From positions 366,150 to 430,149 of the forward strand of contig JAJVIC010000007.1 of assembly GCA_022072225.1 (NCBI GenBank): DNA of 64,000 bases, given 5' to 3'. Positions 18,225-27,189 of this stretch are shown in pieces (the first letter of the stretch is position 1; each line of letters starts with the position of its first letter). The notes under the pieces were generated by a model, which was not told where the DNA came from, did not search any database, and saw only the letters and a list, made by a program, of their open reading frames with translations. The position numbers and the translations under genes were made by a program. This DNA comes from Bacteroidia bacterium (GTDB taxonomy: Bacteria > Bacteroidota > Bacteroidia > SXHM01).

Positions 18225-19694
18225 ATGACCACTCAGAAACTAGTAATCTACAACACCCTCACCCGTCAGAAAGAAGAGTTCAAGCCCATTAACCCGCCTT
18301 TCGTTGGCTTGTATGTATGCGGCCCTACGGTCTACAGCGATGTGCATTTAGGTAATGCCCGCACTTTTGTTTCGTTTGATATGATTTACCGTTATTTAGT
18401 GCATATTAAATATAAGGTGCGCTATGTACGCAACATCACCGATGCAGGACATCTGGAAGGCGACCGCGATGAAGGCGATGATAAATTTGCCAAAAAAGCA
18501 AAGCTCGAACAATTAGAGCCGATGGAAATTGTGCAGAAATATACCAACGGCTTTCATGACGTAATGCGCGAATTCAACAACCTGCCACCAAGTATTGAGC
18601 CTACTGCTACCGGACATATTTGCGAGCAGATTGAAATGGTGAAAAAAATTCTTGCCAAAGGTTATGCCTACGAAATAAACGGCACCGTTTACTTTGATGT
18701 GGAAAAATATAACAAGCAATTCCCTTACGGACAATTAACCAACCGCAAACTGGAAGAATTACTGGAGGGCACCCGCGAATTAAGCGGACAGGATGAGAAA
18801 AAAGGTCGCCTTGATTTTGCATTGTGGATAAAAGCAAAACCCGAAACATTGATGCAGTGGCCTTCACCCTGGGGCTGGGGTTTTCCGGGATGGCACATAG
18901 AATGCTCGGCAATGAGCAGTAAATACCTGGGTGATACATTTGACATCCACGGTGGCGGAATGGATTTACAGGCAACCCACCATACCAATGAAATTGCACA
19001 GTCGCAGGCATGCAATCATGCTGCGCCTGTTAATTATTGGATGCACACCAACATGCTTACTGTAAATGGTGTGCGTATGTCAAAATCAGCGGGCAACGGT
19101 TTTCTGCCGGGTGAATTATTTACAGGAAATCACCCGCTGCTCGACAAAGGCTATGCACCCATGGCAGTCCGCTTCTTTATGATGCAAACGCATTACGGAA
19201 GCACATTGGATTTCTCTAACGAAGCCTTGCAGGCATCAGAAAAAGGCTACGCGAAACTGATGAACGCCATGAAAACATTAGACAGTCTGAAAGCCGGAAC
19301 AAACTCAACCTCCAACATTACAGCACTCCGCCAAAGTTGCTATGATGCCATGAACGATGATTTCAATGCACCTATTTTAGTTGCTAATTTGTTTGAAGGT
19401 GTGCGCATCATCAACTCGGTAAACGATGGCAAAGAAACCATTACTGCCGATGACCTTGCCCTGCTCAAAACCACCATGCACGATTTTGTATATGATGTAT
19501 TGGGACTAAAATCCGAAAACTCAAATACTGCCAACGACAAGGCTTTGCAAGGTGTTATGGAAATGATACTCGACATCCGCAAACAGGCTAAACTGAATAA
19601 AGACTTCGCCACTTCCGATAAAATCCGCAAAGAACTGGAAGCAATCGGCATCCAAATCAAAGATTCAAAAGAAAAAACAGAATGGAGTTTTTAA
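18225..19694 (+). CDS. cysS: cysteine--tRNA ligase
   Basis: 489 aa; LYVCGPTVYSDVHLGNART with the class I HIGH-type motif (HLGN); KMSKS motif (RMSKSAGN). Confidence 0.93.
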   Translation: MTTQKLVIYNTLTRQKEEFKPINPPFVGLYVCGPTVYSDVHLGNARTFVSFDMIYRYLVHIKYKVRYVRNITDAGHLEGDRDEGDDKFAKKAKLEQLEPMEIVQKYTNGFHDVMREFNNLPPSIEPTATGHICEQIEMVKKILAKGYAYEINGTVYFDVEKYNKQFPYGQLTNRKLEELLEGTRELSGQDEKKGRLDFALWIKAKPETLMQWPSPWGWGFPGWHIECSAMSSKYLGDTFDIHGGGMDLQATHHTNEIAQSQACNHAAPVNYWMHTNMLTVNGVRMSKSAGNGFLPGELFTGNHPLLDKGYAPMAVRFFMMQTHYGSTLDFSNEALQASEKGYAKLMNAMKTLDSLKAGTNSTSNITALRQSCYDAMNDDFNAPILVANLFEGVRIINSVNDGKETITADDLALLKTTMHDFVYDVLGLKSENSNTANDKALQGVMEMILDIRKQAKLNKDFATSDKIRKELEAIGIQIKDSKEKTEWSF

Positions 19695-20734
19695 GAAAGT
19701 TGGCAGTCGGCAGTTGGCAGTTGGCAGTTTGTCACCTCGAGCGTAGTCGAGAGGCTTTAATAATTCTTTTTTCTGTACTGCTTGTTTCTTCCTGTCAGAA
19801 TGAAACCGACAAACCCAAACCCGTTGACGTTCCCGTTCCTCCTGCCAAAGTAGTTCCCACTCCCGACTTTAATCAGGACTCGGCTTTTCAATTTGTAAAA
19901 AAGCAGGTTGACTTTGGTCCCCGTGTTCCTAACTCTGCGGCTCATGCAAAATGTGCGGATTACCTCACCGCAAAGTTCAAAGAATACAAAGCAGAAGTTA
20001 TTGTTCAGCAGGCCGAGGCCAAAGCTTTTGACGGAAAAGTGCTGAAGATGAAAAACATCATTGCACAATGGCAGCCCGAAAAACAAAACCGCATCATGCT
20101 CTGCGCCCATTGGGATACCCGTCCCTTTGCCGACCAGGACACCAAAGACCTGAATAAACCCATTGACGGGGCCAACGATGGCGGAAGCGGGGTAGGAGTA
20201 CTGCTCGAGATCGGTCGTCAGCTTGCAGCCTCACAACCCAATATCGGTGTGGATATTATCCTCTTCGATGCCGAAGACTATGGTCAGCCAGATGGAGGTA
20301 TGCAACAGCAGCAAAGCAATTCCTACTGTCTTGGTTCACAATACTGGGCAACCAATAAACACAAACAGGACTATGCACCCCGTTACGCAATTCTCCTAGA
20401 TATGGTAGGCGCAAAAAATGCCACCTTCACCATGGAAGGTGTTTCCATGCAGTTTGCTTCGCATGTGGTAAAAAAAGTATGGGATACTGCTCTGCGCCTT
20501 GGCTACTCCAGCTACTTTGTTTATGACCAGACCAATCCTATTACAGACGACCATTATTACATCAACACTCTGGCCGACATCCCTGCCATAGACATCATCC
20601 ATTACGACCCCGCTACCAAATACCACTTTGCTCCCGTTTGGCACACCCACAACGACAACATCCAAAACATTGATCCCAAAACCCTGAAAGCGGTGGGGCA
20701 AACTTTGCTGGAGGTGGTGTATTCTTCTAATTAA
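19682..20734 (+). CDS. M28 family zinc peptidase / glutaminyl-peptide cyclotransferase-like lipoprotein
   Basis: CAHWDTRP...D...GANDGGSGVGVLLE...ILFDAEDYG metal-ligand pattern of the M28/QC fold; lipobox LLVSSC; start uncertain because the first ATG overlaps the cysS stop and the N-terminus reads through a REP-A copy. Confidence 0.6.
   Translation: MEFLRKLAVGSWQLAVCHLERSREALIILFSVLLVSSCQNETDKPKPVDVPVPPAKVVPTPDFNQDSAFQFVKKQVDFGPRVPNSAAHAKCADYLTAKFKEYKAEVIVQQAEAKAFDGKVLKMKNIIAQWQPEKQNRIMLCAHWDTRPFADQDTKDLNKPIDGANDGGSGVGVLLEIGRQLAASQPNIGVDIILFDAEDYGQPDGGMQQQQSNSYCLGSQYWATNKHKQDYAPRYAILLDMVGAKNATFTMEGVSMQFASHVVKKVWDTALRLGYSSYFVYDQTNPITDDHYYINTLADIPAIDIIHYDPATKYHFAPVWHTHNDNIQNIDPKTLKAVGQTLLEVVYSSN
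19700..19755. repeat. REP-A copy (GTTGGCAGTCGGCAGTTGGCAGTTGGCAGTTTGTCACCTCGAGCGTAGTCGAGAGGC)
   Basis: same core as 4123; lies inside the predicted 5' end of the M28 gene. Confidence 0.5.
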
Positions 20735-20844
20735 AGGCAAAAGCTCTGCACATATACCGGAAGGAGTGTTCCGAAGCACTGTTTTTTGTTAATGTATTGA
20801 AAATCAAAATCATATAAAATTTCCAGGGTCTGAGAAATTATTTC

Positions 20845-21085
20845 CAGGGCCCACGAAATTCCGTCAGAGGTATGGGATAAAATTTCGTGGCGCCATGAAA
20901 AGTTGTACGAGGCCCATGAAATTCCGTCAGAGGCATGGGATAAGATTTCGTGGTGCCATGAAAAGTTGTACGAGGCCCATGAAATTCCGTCAGAGGTATG
21001 GGATAGGATTTCGTGGCGCCATGAAAAGCTGTACGAGGCCCATGAAATTCCGTCAGAGGTATGGGATAAGATTTCGTGGCATCAC
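20845..21085. repeat. 63-bp tandem repeat, about 3.8 copies
   Basis: unit GCCATGAAAAGTTGTACGAGGCCCATGAAATTCCGTCAGAGGTATGGGATAAGATTTCGTGGC repeated with only 1-3 substitutions per copy; two frames are open through the array. Confidence 0.7.
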
Positions 21086-21175
21086 GCTTCCGGTAGCCTC
21101 CCCTAAAATTCTTCTCCTCAACAACCCTAATTTCCTTACATTTGCGCTCCTTTTTAAAAAATCAGCATAAATACT

Positions 21176-23563
21176 ATGAATAAAGTCATCATCTCCCTGC
21201 TTGTAATCCTTCTGGCAGGCATCACTGCTTCAAATGCGCAAAACCTTATTACCATTGACAGTCCGCAATACCAGCAACTGAAAAGCGAAGGCAAAATACC
21301 CATGATTCCCATGGAACAATTTGCCAAATACGTTCCCGAAAAAATATTGAATGCCGAAGACTTCGCACCCCGCGATGTTACCGGAGGCGGTCCCAATGTA
21401 AACTGCGGTTGCATGCAAACCCTTGATGGCAGCTACACCCTTGCCATGGGTCCTAACGATGACGGTTCTACAGGCCTTATCTCTTTGCCTTTTACTTTCT
21501 GCCTCTACGGAACAAGCCAAAACTCGATGTACATCAACAACAATGGAAACATCTCTTTTGGCACCACCTATGGTACCTTTTCTTCCAACCCTTTTCCCGA
21601 TCCCGGTTTTGTAATGGTTGCGCCTTTCTGGGCCGATGTGGATACCCGCGGAACAGGACAGGTATGGTACAAAGTAACTCCTACTTATGCCATTATCCGT
21701 TGGTACAACGTGGGCTACTACAGTTCACAAACCGATAAAATAAATGACTTCCAGCTTATTATTACCGATGGCAGCGACCCCATTATTCCCGGAGGTAACA
21801 ACGTAGCTTTTTGCTATGGCGATATGCAATGGACTACCGGCTCAGCTTCAAGCGGAGTGGGCGGCTTTGGCGGGACTCCCGCTACAGTAGGTGCTAACCT
21901 GGGCGATGGAACATCATTCGTTCAGTTTGGCCGTTTCGACCATGCCGGCAGCGATTACGATGGCCCTTTCAACAATGCCGATGGTATCAGCTGGCTCGAT
22001 AACCAGAGCTTTGTATTCAACGCCTGTGTAAATAATTCAAACATTGCACCCATTGCCGATAATGCCCTCGCCATCTGCGATACCATTCAAATCTGTGTGG
22101 GTGATACCGTTGCTTTTGATGTATCCTTCCTTTCGCCCGAACAAGGACAAATTACCACCACCACTATTGACACTTCAGGTGTTTCGGGTTTTCAGTTAAT
22201 CAGCAACAATTCAGGAAACATATCGTCTGTATCCGCAGTATTTTATGCCACCGAAGACAACATAGGCTTCAATACCTTCACCCTTTCGGCCAGCGACAAC
22301 GGAACTCCGGCACAAACCAACAACTTTGTGGTAAATATCTTTGTCAGCGAAATTGTTGATCCTTCCTTAATCGGTGAGTTTACCTATTGCGCTCCCGGAA
22401 GCGTAAGTATAACGCTCGACTCTGCTTTTGCCTATGAAAGCTGGACCTGGTCAACCGGTGATGTTAGTCCCGACTCGGTTTTAGACCCTTTGCTGGAAGG
22501 CAACTACTCTGTTACCTGCTTTAATGAGTACGGCTGCAACCGTACCCTCGATTTTTCGGTGGTTGAACTCGGTAACCTGCAAATAACCAATACCGTTACC
22601 GACATTCTTTGCAATGGCGCTGCCAACGGAAGCGTGGTTTCTCAGTCTAATGTACCTACTCAACTTTCATTCTTTTGGTCCGATTCACAGGGCGACACCA
22701 TTCATGTTGGTCTGCTTACACAGGGAACCGATCAGGTAAACGGTCTTGAACCCGGCACCTATTATGTTAGCATATACGATACACTGGGTTGTTTCTCTTA
22801 TTTAGACTCAGTAGTAGTTACCGAACCCGAGCCTTATGTAACCGACAACACAGCATCACCCGAAACCTGCGAAGATGCAAACGGAGTTGCTGTAGTTACC
22901 AGTGTTACGGGTAATACTGCGCCTTACAGCTATTTATGGTCGCCTTCAGGAGGAACGGATGCTACGGCAACCGGTCTTGCTGCCGGAACTTATACCGTTA
23001 CCATTACCGATGTTAATGGCTGCGAAAGAGTGGACACTGTTATTGTTTCGGGAATTGCTTCACCTACGGCCAACTTCAGCAGCGACCCGCTGGCTGCTTT
23101 GCTGGATGTTCCGGTTACCTTTGCCGACAGTTCGCTTGCCAATGGCGACAGCATTGTAACCTGGTTCTGGGATTTTGGCGATGGAACTACCGACTCGGTT
23201 CCTAACCCTGTTCATGCGTATGGTGATACCGGTACATACCCCGTAATGCTGGTTGTTACCAACACCGAAGGCTGCACCGACACCATTTATAACGACATTA
23301 TTGTAATTACCGAAATTGTAGTTCCTAATGTATTTACACCTAATGGCGATGGTTACAACGACACCTTTGTTATTCAATACTTAAAAGAACTTTACCCGGG
23401 CAGTAAACTGTATATCTACAACCGCTGGGGCAAACGTGTTTACAAAAGTGATAACTACCAGAACGACTGGGATGGTGAGAAACACAGCGAAGGAACTTAT
23501 TTCTATACGCTCTTTGTCTCTGACGGAACCGAGAAAAACGGAACAATTACTTTGCTGAGATAG
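21176..23563 (+). CDS. cell-surface protein: NIDO domain, SprB repeats, PKD domain and C-terminal CHU_C (type B T9SS / gliding-motility-associated) domain
   Basis: signal peptide ending ASNAQN; NIDO-like NISFGT...[12 protein letters not shown]; SprB-like CNGAANGS and [11 protein letters not shown]...[10 protein letters not shown] repeats; [14 protein letters not shown]; C-terminus [19 protein letters not shown]...[11 protein letters not shown]...WDG matches TIGR04131. Confidence 0.75.
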   Translation: MNKVIISLLVILLAGITASNAQNLITIDSPQYQQLKSEGKIPMIPMEQFAKYVPEKILNAEDFAPRDVTGGGPNVNCGCMQTLDGSYTLAMGPNDDGSTGLISLPFTFCLYGTSQNSMYINNNGNISFGTTYGTFSSNPFPDPGFVMVAPFWADVDTRGTGQVWYKVTPTYAIIRWYNVGYYSSQTDKINDFQLIITDGSDPIIPGGNNVAFCYGDMQWTTGSASSGVGGFGGTPATVGANLGDGTSFVQFGRFDHAGSDYDGPFNNADGISWLDNQSFVFNACVNNSNIAPIADNALAICDTIQICVGDTVAFDVSFLSPEQGQITTTTIDTSGVSGFQLISNNSGNISSVSAVFYATEDNIGFNTFTLSASDNGTPAQTNNFVVNIFVSEIVDPSLIGEFTYCAPGSVSITLDSAFAYESWTWSTGDVSPDSVLDPLLEGNYSVTCFNEYGCNRTLDFSVVELGNLQITNTVTDILCNGAANGSVVSQSNVPTQLSFFWSDSQGDTIHVGLLTQGTDQVNGLEPGTYYVSIYDTLGCFSYLDSVVVTEPEPYVTDNTASPETCEDANGVAVVTSVTGNTAPYSYLWSPSGGTDATATGLAAGTYTVTITDVNGCERVDTVIVSGIASPTANFSSDPLAALLDVPVTFADSSLANGDSIVTWFWDFGDGTTDSVPNPVHAYGDTGTYPVMLVVTNTEGCTDTIYNDIIVITEIVVPNVFTPNGDGYNDTFVIQYLKELYPGSKLYIYNRWGKRVYKSDNYQNDWDGEKHSEGTYFYTLFVSDGTEKNGTITLLR

Positions 23564-23570
23564 ACGATAT

Positions 23571-23630
23571 GTCACTTCGAGCGTAGTCGAGAAGTAATAA
23601 TCATGGCTTCTCGACTACGCTCGAAATGAC
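23571..23630. terminator. REP-A-derived perfect hairpin (GTCACTTCGAGCGTAGTCGAGAAG-N12-CTTCTCGACTACGCTCGAAATGAC), likely transcription terminator
   Basis: 24-bp perfect inverted repeat immediately after the stop codon of 21176-23563. Confidence 0.5.
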
Positions 23631-23656
23631 AACGTATTCTTAGAGTATCTTCTTCT

Positions 23657-24610
23657 ATGAAAGTAACCGAACATTTCCGCAGGGCAAAGTCAACGCTTTT
23701 CTCTATTGAAATTCTTCCGCCACTGAAAGGCGCAAGCATTCAATCTATTTTTGATGGCATTGACCCGTTGGTGGAATTTAATCCCTCCTTTATTGATGTT
23801 ACTTATCACCGCGAAGAATACATTCAACGCAAAAACCGTAAAGGAGAGTTGAAGCGGGTAAAAATCCGCAAGCGTCCCGGAACGGTTGGTATCAGCGCGG
23901 CTATACAGGCTCGTTATAAGATTGATACAGTTCCCCACATGATTTGCGGAGGTTTCAGTTTAGAAGAAACCGAAAACGCATTATTAGATTTACATTTCTT
24001 AGGAATTAACAATGTGCTCGCTTTGCAAGGCGATATGATTAAAGCAGACGGAAAATTCATTCCGCATCCAGATGGTCATACCTATGCCAATGAATTGGTA
24101 GAGCAGATTGTGGACATGAACAATGGCCGCTACTTAGACCGCGATTTGCAAAACGTTGACCGTACCGACTATTGCATTGGTGTAGCCGGCTATCCCGAAA
24201 AGCATTTTGCCTGCGATGATTTTGATACAGACCTGGCTAACCTTAAACGTAAAGTAGATGCGGGTGCCGAGTATATCGTTACACAGATGTTTTACGACAA
24301 TCAGAAGTTCTTCAACTTTGCGGTGCGTTGCCGCAAAGCTGGTATTAATGTTCCCATTATTCCCGGACTGAAACCCATTGCTACTAAAAAGCAATTAGAA
24401 GTATTGCCCCGCATATTTTATGTAGATATTCCTGAAGACTTGCGCAAAGCCGTTGAAGCCTGCAAAGACGATGCGGCTGTAAAACAAGTAGGAGTGGAGT
24501 GGGCTATTCAGCAAAGCAAAGAGTTGATTGATTTTGGCGCCTTGTGTCTGCATTTCTATACCATGGGCCGCTCGGAACAAACACGTGCCATTGCAAAGGC
24601 TATTTTCTGA
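23657..24610 (+). CDS. metF: methylenetetrahydrofolate reductase [NAD(P)H]
   Basis: 317 aa; N-terminal LFSIEILPP(K/L)...; TIM-barrel MTHFR family layout; ends HFYTMGRSEQT. Confidence 0.88.
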   Translation: MKVTEHFRRAKSTLFSIEILPPLKGASIQSIFDGIDPLVEFNPSFIDVTYHREEYIQRKNRKGELKRVKIRKRPGTVGISAAIQARYKIDTVPHMICGGFSLEETENALLDLHFLGINNVLALQGDMIKADGKFIPHPDGHTYANELVEQIVDMNNGRYLDRDLQNVDRTDYCIGVAGYPEKHFACDDFDTDLANLKRKVDAGAEYIVTQMFYDNQKFFNFAVRCRKAGINVPIIPGLKPIATKKQLEVLPRIFYVDIPEDLRKAVEACKDDAAVKQVGVEWAIQQSKELIDFGALCLHFYTMGRSEQTRAIAKAIF

Positions 24611-24644
24611 TTTTTGTATTTTAGCATAATCTAAAACATAAACC

Positions 24645-25175
24645 ATGCTCAAGAAAATCATTTTCATCCTGCTCGGAATTATTGGAGCCCTTATTCTCGG
24701 TTTTATTGCCATCGGCTTTATTAAACCAACATACAATGGAGGAGTAACCGTTACGGTTAACGCACCCGTTTCAACAACTTTTGCCGTGTTTAACGATACA
24801 GCCAACATGCGCAAGTGGATGGACAATTTTAAGCGTATTGAAAACATTAGTGGAGCAGAAAATGAGGTAGGTTCAAAATGGAAACTGGTTTATGACGAAA
24901 ACGGCAGAGACCTTGTAATGACCGAAACCATTACCGCCTTTGAACAAGACAAACTATTCGCTTTTAACATGGAAGACGAATATTTTAAAATGGACATCGA
25001 AATCCGCTTTGAAGAAAAAGACGGTAAAACCATTATTACCCAAACAGACAAAGGCGAAGGAAAAAACCTTCCCGCACGCAGCATGGTTGCAATTATGGGT
25101 AGCTTAGGACTTATGCAAAAGCAGCAACAGGGAATGTATAACAAACTGAAAGACCTGGTTGAAAAAACCAAGTAA
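24645..25175 (+). CDS. SRPBCC (START/Bet v1-like) family protein with N-terminal TM helix
   Basis: 176 aa; hydrophobic N-terminus; size and secondary-structure-like composition are SRPBCC-like; weak call. Confidence 0.4.
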   Translation: MLKKIIFILLGIIGALILGFIAIGFIKPTYNGGVTVTVNAPVSTTFAVFNDTANMRKWMDNFKRIENISGAENEVGSKWKLVYDENGRDLVMTETITAFEQDKLFAFNMEDEYFKMDIEIRFEEKDGKTIITQTDKGEGKNLPARSMVAIMGSLGLMQKQQQGMYNKLKDLVEKTK

Positions 25176-25187
25176 TAGTTTTCCCTT

Positions 25188-25955
25188 TTGTTGCTCACCG
25201 ATACACACACCCATCTTTATTCCTCCGAGTTTGATGCCGACCGCACGCAGGTTGTTGAGTCGGCTATTGCATCGGGAGTAAAAAAGTTTTTTCTTCCTAA
25301 TATTGATAGCTCTTCGGTTGAAGGAATGATTGCGCTCTGTAATCAGTTTCCCGAAAACTGTTTTCCTATGATGGGATTGCATCCAACATCAGTAAAGGAG
25401 AACTACGAACAGGAACTCGAAAAACTAAAACCTTTTTTCAGCAAAAGAAAAATGTATGCCGTTGGCGAAATAGGAATTGACCTCTATTGGGACAAAACAT
25501 TTTTTGCTCAGCAGCAACAGGCTTTTGAAACACAAATAAAATGGGCCAATGAATTTGGACTGCCCATTGTCATCCACTCGCGCAACTCGTTTAACGAGAT
25601 AGTTGAGGTGTTGCAGAAAACTAAAAACGAAAAACCGCATGGAATTTTTCATTGCTTTTCAGGAAGCAAGGAACAGGCACAGAAAGCAATATCACTTGGC
25701 TTTAAATTAGGAATAGGCGGTGTGCTCACGTATAAAAACTCAGGACTTGGTCAGGCCATTGCCGACATTGATATGAAGCATCTGGTACTTGAAACCGACT
25801 CCCCTTACTTAACTCCGGTTCCGCATCGCGGCAAACGAAATGAAAGCGGATATATTACTTTAGTGGCGCAAAAACTGGCAGAGATAAAAAACATAAGCAT
25901 TGAAGAAGTAGCAGAAATAACTACTGCAAATGCGAAAGAAGTTTTCGGAATTTAA
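25188..25955 (+). CDS. tatD: TatD family metal-dependent hydrolase / DNase
   Basis: LTDTHTHLY N-terminal HxH motif; conserved E/H/D ligands (GEIGIDLYW, IHSR, ETDSPYL). Confidence 0.85.
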   Translation: MLLTDTHTHLYSSEFDADRTQVVESAIASGVKKFFLPNIDSSSVEGMIALCNQFPENCFPMMGLHPTSVKENYEQELEKLKPFFSKRKMYAVGEIGIDLYWDKTFFAQQQQAFETQIKWANEFGLPIVIHSRNSFNEIVEVLQKTKNEKPHGIFHCFSGSKEQAQKAISLGFKLGIGGVLTYKNSGLGQAIADIDMKHLVLETDSPYLTPVPHRGKRNESGYITLVAQKLAEIKNISIEEVAEITTANAKEVFGI

Positions 25956-25964
25956 AAAATAGAT

Positions 25965-26023
25965 AGCCACAGATTCACAGATTAAAACTTTAAACTGCAA
26001 TAAAAAATCTGTGAATCTGTGGC
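25965..26023. repeat. perfect palindrome GCCACAGATTCACAGATT-N22-AATCTGTGAATCTGTGGC upstream of ansA
   Basis: 18-bp perfect arms; same arm sequence as the palindrome at 17071-17136. Confidence 0.45.
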
Positions 26024-26030
26024 AAAACCA

Positions 26031-27068
26031 ATGAAAAAAGAAAAAGCAAAAGTCCTTCTTATCTATACAGGCGGCACCGTAGGCATGGTGCAAGACGAAA
26101 AAACAGGAGTGCTGAAACCCTTCAGCCTTGAAAGCATCATTGATTACATTCCTGAGCTTTCACGTTTCGGGTTTCGTATAGACGGTTACACCTTCGAGCC
26201 TCCCATCGACTCATCTAACATGAAACCTGAAATATGGATTCAACTGGCTGATATTATCGGAAAGAATTACACTAAGTACGATGGCTTTGTGGTGTTGCAC
26301 GGCAGTGATACTATGGCTTATACTGCATCTGCGCTCAGTTTTTTGCTCGAGAACTTAGGCAAGCCCGTAATCCTCACCGGTTCGCAATTGCCCGTAAACG
26401 TGTTGCGTTCCGATGCACGCGAAAACCTGGTTACCTCAATTGAAATAGCAGCCGCTAAAGAAAACGGAAAACCCAAAGTTCCGGAAGTGTGTATTTATTT
26501 TGAATATCGCCTGTATCGCGGCAACCGAACCTATAAACACAATGCCGAAAATTTTGAGGCGTTCAATTCTTCCAACTATCCTGAACTGGCAACCGCAGGT
26601 GTGCATATTAAATACAACGAACAGTTTATTGCCAAACCCTCTTCAAAAAAAATAATCAGTCACCGCTCGCTTGATACCAACATTGCCGTTGTAAAATTAT
26701 TTCCCGGAATAAATCCTTTGGTCATGGAAAGCATTTTCAACACCAAAGGATTAAAAGCCGTAGTGCTTGAAACCTACGGAACAGGCAACGCGCCCACTGC
26801 TAAGGCATTTTTGCAGCCGATAGCAACGGCCATAAAAAAAGGAATAATTGTACTCAACGTAACGCAGTGTCGTGCAGGTGCAGTTCAGCAAGGGCGCTAC
26901 GAAACCAGCACTGAACTGAGAAAAATAGGAGTAATTGGCGGTAACGATATGACCACCGAAACAGCACTTACCAAATTAATGTTTTTGTTCGGTGAAAATT
27001 ATCCGCTTGCTGCAATCAAGAAACTGCTGCAACAATCCTTGCGTGGCGAATTGACAGCGCAGGGCTGA
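26031..27068 (+). CDS. ansA: type I L-asparaginase
   Basis: VLLIYTGGTVGM threonine-containing active-site motif; about 345 aa; the ORF-track start at 26019 is a GTG within the palindrome, so the ATG at 26031 is preferred. Confidence 0.85.
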   Translation: MKKEKAKVLLIYTGGTVGMVQDEKTGVLKPFSLESIIDYIPELSRFGFRIDGYTFEPPIDSSNMKPEIWIQLADIIGKNYTKYDGFVVLHGSDTMAYTASALSFLLENLGKPVILTGSQLPVNVLRSDARENLVTSIEIAAAKENGKPKVPEVCIYFEYRLYRGNRTYKHNAENFEAFNSSNYPELATAGVHIKYNEQFIAKPSSKKIISHRSLDTNIAVVKLFPGINPLVMESIFNTKGLKAVVLETYGTGNAPTAKAFLQPIATAIKKGIIVLNVTQCRAGAVQQGRYETSTELRKIGVIGGNDMTTETALTKLMFLFGENYPLAAIKKLLQQSLRGELTAQG

Positions 27069-27099
27069 AAAAAATCATTACTTTCGCTGCCCCTTTAAC

Positions 27100-27188
27100 C
27101 GGAGAGGTGTCCGAGTGGTCGAAGGAGCACGCCTGGAAAGTGTGTAAACCCCAAAAGGGTTTCGAGGGTTCGAATCCCTCTCTCTCCG
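27100..27188 (+). tRNA. tRNA-Ser (anticodon GGA)
   Basis: hand-folded cloverleaf: acceptor GGAGAGG/TCTCTCC (one G-U); anticodon stem CACGC/GTGTG; loop CTGGAAA; long variable arm TAAACCCCAAAAGGGTTTC; T-arm GAGGGTTCGAATCCCTC; discriminator G. Confidence 0.85.
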
Positions 27189-27189
27189 C

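Noticed and set aside
20895-21170. 91-aa and 67-aa ORFs spanning the 63-bp tandem repeat
   Set aside because: They are open only because the repeat unit lacks stops in two frames. The peptides are pure repeat translations.
27100-27188. tRNA as integration site for a mobile element
   Set aside because: No integrase, direct-repeat duplication of the tRNA 3' end or compositional shift is visible on either side. The flanking genes are housekeeping (ansA, acyl-CoA dehydrogenase).
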